DNA from: Myxococcota bacterium
Lineage (GTDB): Bacteria > Myxococcota > XYA12-FULL-58-9 > JALHOP01
NCBI GenBank assembly: GCA_041288095.1
Contig: JBGGMJ010000091.1
Span: 1-28,744, forward strand
Reading direction: 5' to 3'
DNA: 28,744 bases
The position numbers and the translations under genes are program-made. This document shows, piece by piece, positions 25,400 through 28,744 of this stretch. Under the pieces are notes generated by a model. That model was not told where the DNA came from and did not search any database. It was given only the letters and a program-made list of their open reading frames with translations. Within the stretch, counting starts at the first letter, position 1; each line of letters opens with the position of its first letter.

Positions 25400-26859
25400 T
25401 ACGCCTCGATACGCGCTTGCAACGCCGCCGTCGAGATCTCGGTGCTGGAGGTCGTGGCCTGCTGCTCCTTCGAGGGGATGTAGCAGCGGACCATGGTGCC
25501 GCCGCCCTCACGCCGGTGGATGGACAGGCGGCCGCCGTGCGCTTCGATGATCTCGCGGCTCAAGGAGAGCCCCAGGCCCTGGCCCTGCTTCTTCGTCGAG
25601 TAGAAGGGCAGGAGCACCTTCTTCAGGGCCTCGTCGCTGATGCCCGATCCGCGATCGAGGACACAGAGCTCGAAGCCACCTTCGACGGCGTGGGTGACGT
25701 GCACCTGAATGGCGCCGTGGGCGCTGCCTGACTCGTAGGCGTTTTTGACCAGGTTGATGAGGACTTGCTGCATCTGGGTCGGGTCGAAGTAACCGGCAAG
25801 GTCGGGGAGAGGCCCGGCGACCTCGAAACTGTACAGCGGACGAACGCTCTCGAGCAGCGCGCTCCACGACTGCAAGCTCTTGGTGGGCCGCGGCAACTGC
25901 GCGAAGCGGGCATAGGACTGCAAGAAGTCCTTCAAGTGACCGGTGCGCTCCTCGATGGTGTCGAAGACCTTGACCAGCTTGTCCGCTTTCTCGGGCATGC
26001 CGGCGAGCGCTTTAGCGGAGTGCACGAGCGAGCTCACCGGCGCCAACGTATTGTTGATCTCGTGGCCGATGACGCGGATGGCGCGCTTCCAGACTTCGAC
26101 CTCTTGGCGCGCGAGCTCGCGCGACAGGGTCTCTACCTTGTAGAAGGTCACGAGCTGCGTCTTGATCTCGAAGTAGCGCTTCTGCACGTGGAACGTGTCG
26201 ACGTTGCTGTTGCGGCTCACGGTGAACAGTGAGTCCTGACCGGATTCGAGCGCCTCGCGCATCTCGTCGGGCACGCGCGCCAGGACCTGGTGGAAATCGA
26301 CGCCTTCGAGCGAGCTGCCCTCGTTCAAGAGCTCGCACGCCGCGTTGTTGGCGAAGAGCACGTAGCCGGCTTCGTCGCACAGGATGATCGACACGGGCGC
26401 CGACTGCAGCACGGTCTCGAAGATCATGTGCTTCTGGTAGGTGGCGTTGCGGTCGGTCGAGAGCATGTCGCCCAGGGCGTTGAAGCGCTGCACGATGTCG
26501 CCGATGCCGCCCTCGCAGCCGACGGCGAGCCGCATGGTGTAATCGCCTTCGCGGTACGACAAGAGGCCGTCGCTCACTGCCTGCACCAGCTCGCGCACCG
26601 GACGCAGCACCATCCAGACGATGATGGCCGCGAGGGGGACAGCGAGGAGGATGGTGACCGCCACTTGCTGCATGGGCGAGCGGACCATTTCGCTGGTCAT
26701 CATGGTGGCGAGGACCGCGAGGCCGACGACCGCCATGATGGTGAAGGCAGCGCGGGCGCGCATGTTGAGACGCGCGAGGTTCGGCTTGCCGTGGAAGCGG
26801 CGGGCTCCCGGACAGTCTGCTTTGAAGTTGTGCACGGCTTTCATACTGCTTTGCCTCAC
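25399..26859 (-). CDS. Sensor histidine kinase (2 TM, HAMP, PAS, HATPase)
   Basis: H-box [14 protein letters not shown]-box [23 protein letters not shown] and GLGL. GTG start overlaps the regulator stop. Confidence 0.93.
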   Translation of the reverse strand: MRQSSMKAVHNFKADCPGARRFHGKPNLARLNMRARAAFTIMAVVGLAVLATMMTSEMVRSPMQQVAVTILLAVPLAAIIVWMVLRPVRELVQAVSDGLLSYREGDYTMRLAVGCEGGIGDIVQRFNALGDMLSTDRNATYQKHMIFETVLQSAPVSIILCDEAGYVLFANNAACELLNEGSSLEGVDFHQVLARVPDEMREALESGQDSLFTVSRNSNVDTFHVQKRYFEIKTQLVTFYKVETLSRELARQEVEVWKRAIRVIGHEINNTLAPVSSLVHSAKALAGMPEKADKLVKVFDTIEERTGHLKDFLQSYARFAQLPRPTKSLQSWSALLESVRPLYSFEVAGPLPDLAGYFDPTQMQQVLINLVKNAYESGSAHGAIQVHVTHAVEGGFELCVLDRGSGISDEALKKVLLPFYSTKKQGQGLGLSLSREIIEAHGGRLSIHRREGGGTMVRCYIPSKEQQATTSSTEISTAALQARIEA

Positions 26860-28295
26860 ATCCTCGGCTTACGCTCGAGCACGATCCCCAGCTTCTCCAT
26901 ACGACGATACAGTGCCTGACGGCTCAATCCCAGGTCTGACGCGGCCCGGCTCACCAAGCCGCCGTTCCGTAACAGGGCTTCTTCGATGACGCCGCGGTCG
27001 AGCTCGGCTGGGGGCGGGGTGGTCGTGGCAGCCCGAGAAACGTTGGTTTGCGGCGGTAGCTGCGGCTTCGCGGGCACGCGCGAGGCCGGGGCCTCGTGCT
27101 CCTGGGCTATCCCTAAGTCCTCTTGTCGGATGACGCCGTCCCGACAAACCAAGGTGGCGCGCTGCATGCGGTTCTGCAGCTCGCGGACGTTACCGGGCCA
27201 TGGATAGCGTTTGAGCAAGCGCTCCGCATCCTCGCCGAGACGGGGCGTGTTCTCGGCGGCGTACTGCTTCAGAAAATAGGTCGCCAGCGGCAGGATGTCA
27301 TCGATGCGGTCTGCAAGTTGCGGCACGCGCAGCTCGATGACGTTCAAGCGGAAGTAGAGGTCCTCGCGGAACTTACCGGCCGCGATAGCGGTCTGGAGGT
27401 CGACGTTGGTGGCCGACACCATGCGGACGTTCACCTTGCGGGTGACGCTGGAGCCCAGGCGCTCGAACTCGCCGGTCTGCAGGATGCGCAGAATCTTGGC
27501 CTGGCCGCTCATCGACAAGTTGCCGATCTCGTCGAGGAAGAGGGTGCCGCCGTCAGCAAGCTCGAAGCGGCCGACGCGGAGCTTCACCGCCCCCGTGTAA
27601 GCGCCGGCTTCGGCGCCGAAGAGCTCGGCATCGAGGAGCTCGTCGGGGAGGCCGCCGGCGTTCACCTTGACGAAGGCCTTGTCCCGTCGCCGCGAGTTGG
27701 CCTGGACGATTTCGGCGATCTTCTCCTTGCCGGAGCCGTTGGGCCCCGTGATCAGGACCGCGGCGTCCGACGGCGCGACGTTGACCGCCAGGGTCACGAC
27801 CTCGTGCATGCCTTGGCTCGCGTAGATGAGTCCGCGGAGGTCGTACTTCGCGGCCATCTGATCGCGCATGCGCAGCGCTTGGTCGCGAAGGCGGACGTTC
27901 TCGAGCTTGAGCTCGCGCAGCGCCAGCAAGTACTTCACCGAGCGGACGACCTTCTCGTCGTCCCAGGGCTTGGCGATGTAGTCGGCGGCGCCTTCCTTCA
28001 CCAGCTTCACGGCGGTCTCGAGCGACGTCCAGGCGGTCATGAGCAAGATGCCTACGTCGGGGGCCTTGGCGTGCAGCTGCTTGAAGAGCTCGACGCCTTC
28101 CTCGCCGGTCGTGTTGCTCTGCGTGAAGTTCATGTCCTGGATGACGCAGCCGATATCGCCCCGATCGATGGCCGCGATGGCGGCGGCCGGCGAATCGACG
28201 CTGACCGTGGGGATGCCTTGAATGTCGAGCAGCAGCTCGAGCGCCGAGCGCACGGCATCCTGGTCATCGACGATCAACACTTTCAGGCCCGACAT
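26856..28295 (-). CDS. Sigma-54-dependent NtrC-family response regulator
   Basis: REC domain, Walker A GPNGSGKE, GAYTGA loop, TLFLDEIG, FREDLYFRL, WPGNVREL and Fis HTH. Confidence 0.95.
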   Translation of the reverse strand: MSGLKVLIVDDQDAVRSALELLLDIQGIPTVSVDSPAAAIAAIDRGDIGCVIQDMNFTQSNTTGEEGVELFKQLHAKAPDVGILLMTAWTSLETAVKLVKEGAADYIAKPWDDEKVVRSVKYLLALRELKLENVRLRDQALRMRDQMAAKYDLRGLIYASQGMHEVVTLAVNVAPSDAAVLITGPNGSGKEKIAEIVQANSRRRDKAFVKVNAGGLPDELLDAELFGAEAGAYTGAVKLRVGRFELADGGTLFLDEIGNLSMSGQAKILRILQTGEFERLGSSVTRKVNVRMVSATNVDLQTAIAAGKFREDLYFRLNVIELRVPQLADRIDDILPLATYFLKQYAAENTPRLGEDAERLLKRYPWPGNVRELQNRMQRATLVCRDGVIRQEDLGIAQEHEAPASRVPAKPQLPPQTNVSRAATTTPPPAELDRGVIEEALLRNGGLVSRAASDLGLSRQALYRRMEKLGIVLERKPRM

Positions 28296-28312
28296 GGCAT
28301 CTCCACTCTAGC

Positions 28313-28744
28313 CTACGCGGCTTGGCTCACGACCGACGGGGGAATCCGCGCGGCCTTCAGAGCCGGGGCGTGCGCCGCCCAGAGGCTCGTGCAGTAGAAG
28401 AACAGCGCCGCGAGCAGCAGGTGTCGCCACTCGAGGATGAAGCTCGTCTCCAGGTGCTCGGCGGCCGTGCCGACCGCGAGCGCAATCGGTATCCCGATGA
28501 CGATGCCGCCGGTCGTGACGAGCAGGTTCTCCTCGAGGAAATAACGGATGATCTGGCGGCGGGTCGCGCCCAGAGCGCGGCGGATGCCGATGGTGCGAGC
28601 GCGCTCGGCGACCGAGAACGAAGCAGCTCCGAAGTTGCCGATGAGACCAACGAACAAGACGACGGCAATCACGACGAATTGCACCCGTGCCGCGCCTCGA
28701 CTCGTGGCGCTCGTCGATGCCCGCAGGCTTCGCAGGCTCATGGG
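28313..28744 (-). CDS. FtsX/MacB-like ABC transporter permease, C-terminal part (partial)
   Basis: ERARTIGIRRALGATRRQIIRYFLEE and PALKAARIPP motifs. The frame is open to the window edge. Confidence 0.88.
   Translation of the reverse strand, partial: PMSLRSLRASTSATSRGAARVQFVVIAVVLFVGLIGNFGAASFSVAERARTIGIRRALGATRRQIIRYFLEENLLVTTGGIVIGIPIALAVGTAAEHLETSFILEWRHLLLAALFFYCTSLWAAHAPALKAARIPPSVVSQAA

Noticed and set aside
25399..28744. ABC permease, sigma-54 regulator and kinase as a novel system; GAYTGA variant
   Set aside because: A common arrangement downstream of MacAB-like transporters, and GAYTGA is a known variant of GAFTGA.

Overview
GC-rich bacterial chromosomal window. Gene content suggests Myxococcota/deltaproteobacteria (inference). 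It is densely coding, with no CRISPR array, rRNA or mobile element. From left to right: (1) a minus-strand unit of tRNA-Arg(UCG), sulfotransferase, a DUF4846-like gene interrupted by one in-frame TAG, and a glucose/sorbosone-dehydrogenase-family lipoprotein missed by the ORF track. (2) A LuxR-HTH regulator divergent from a single-chain MetX-homoserine dehydrogenase-ACT fusion plus metZ. (3) A divergent pair of orphan genes, one with a lytic transglycosylase-like domain. (4) A short prephenate dehydrogenase. (5) GNAT, FAD oxidoreductase, membrane polyferredoxin and a METTL20-like methyltransferase. (6) A complete five-gene type III PKS cluster (PKS, ICMT, ACP, FAAL, FAD monooxygenase). (7) YciF, GT4, nucleotidyltransferase and metallophosphoesterase. 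(8) RegB/RegA, a 68-aa orphan ORF, rlmN, an NtrC-like two-component pair, and a partial ABC permease. The best leads are the MetX-Hom fusion with its LuxR-solo-like neighbour, the nucleotidyltransferase/phosphoesterase pair, the orphan SLT pair and the amber-interrupted gene. All family calls come from motif recognition by eye; no searches were run.
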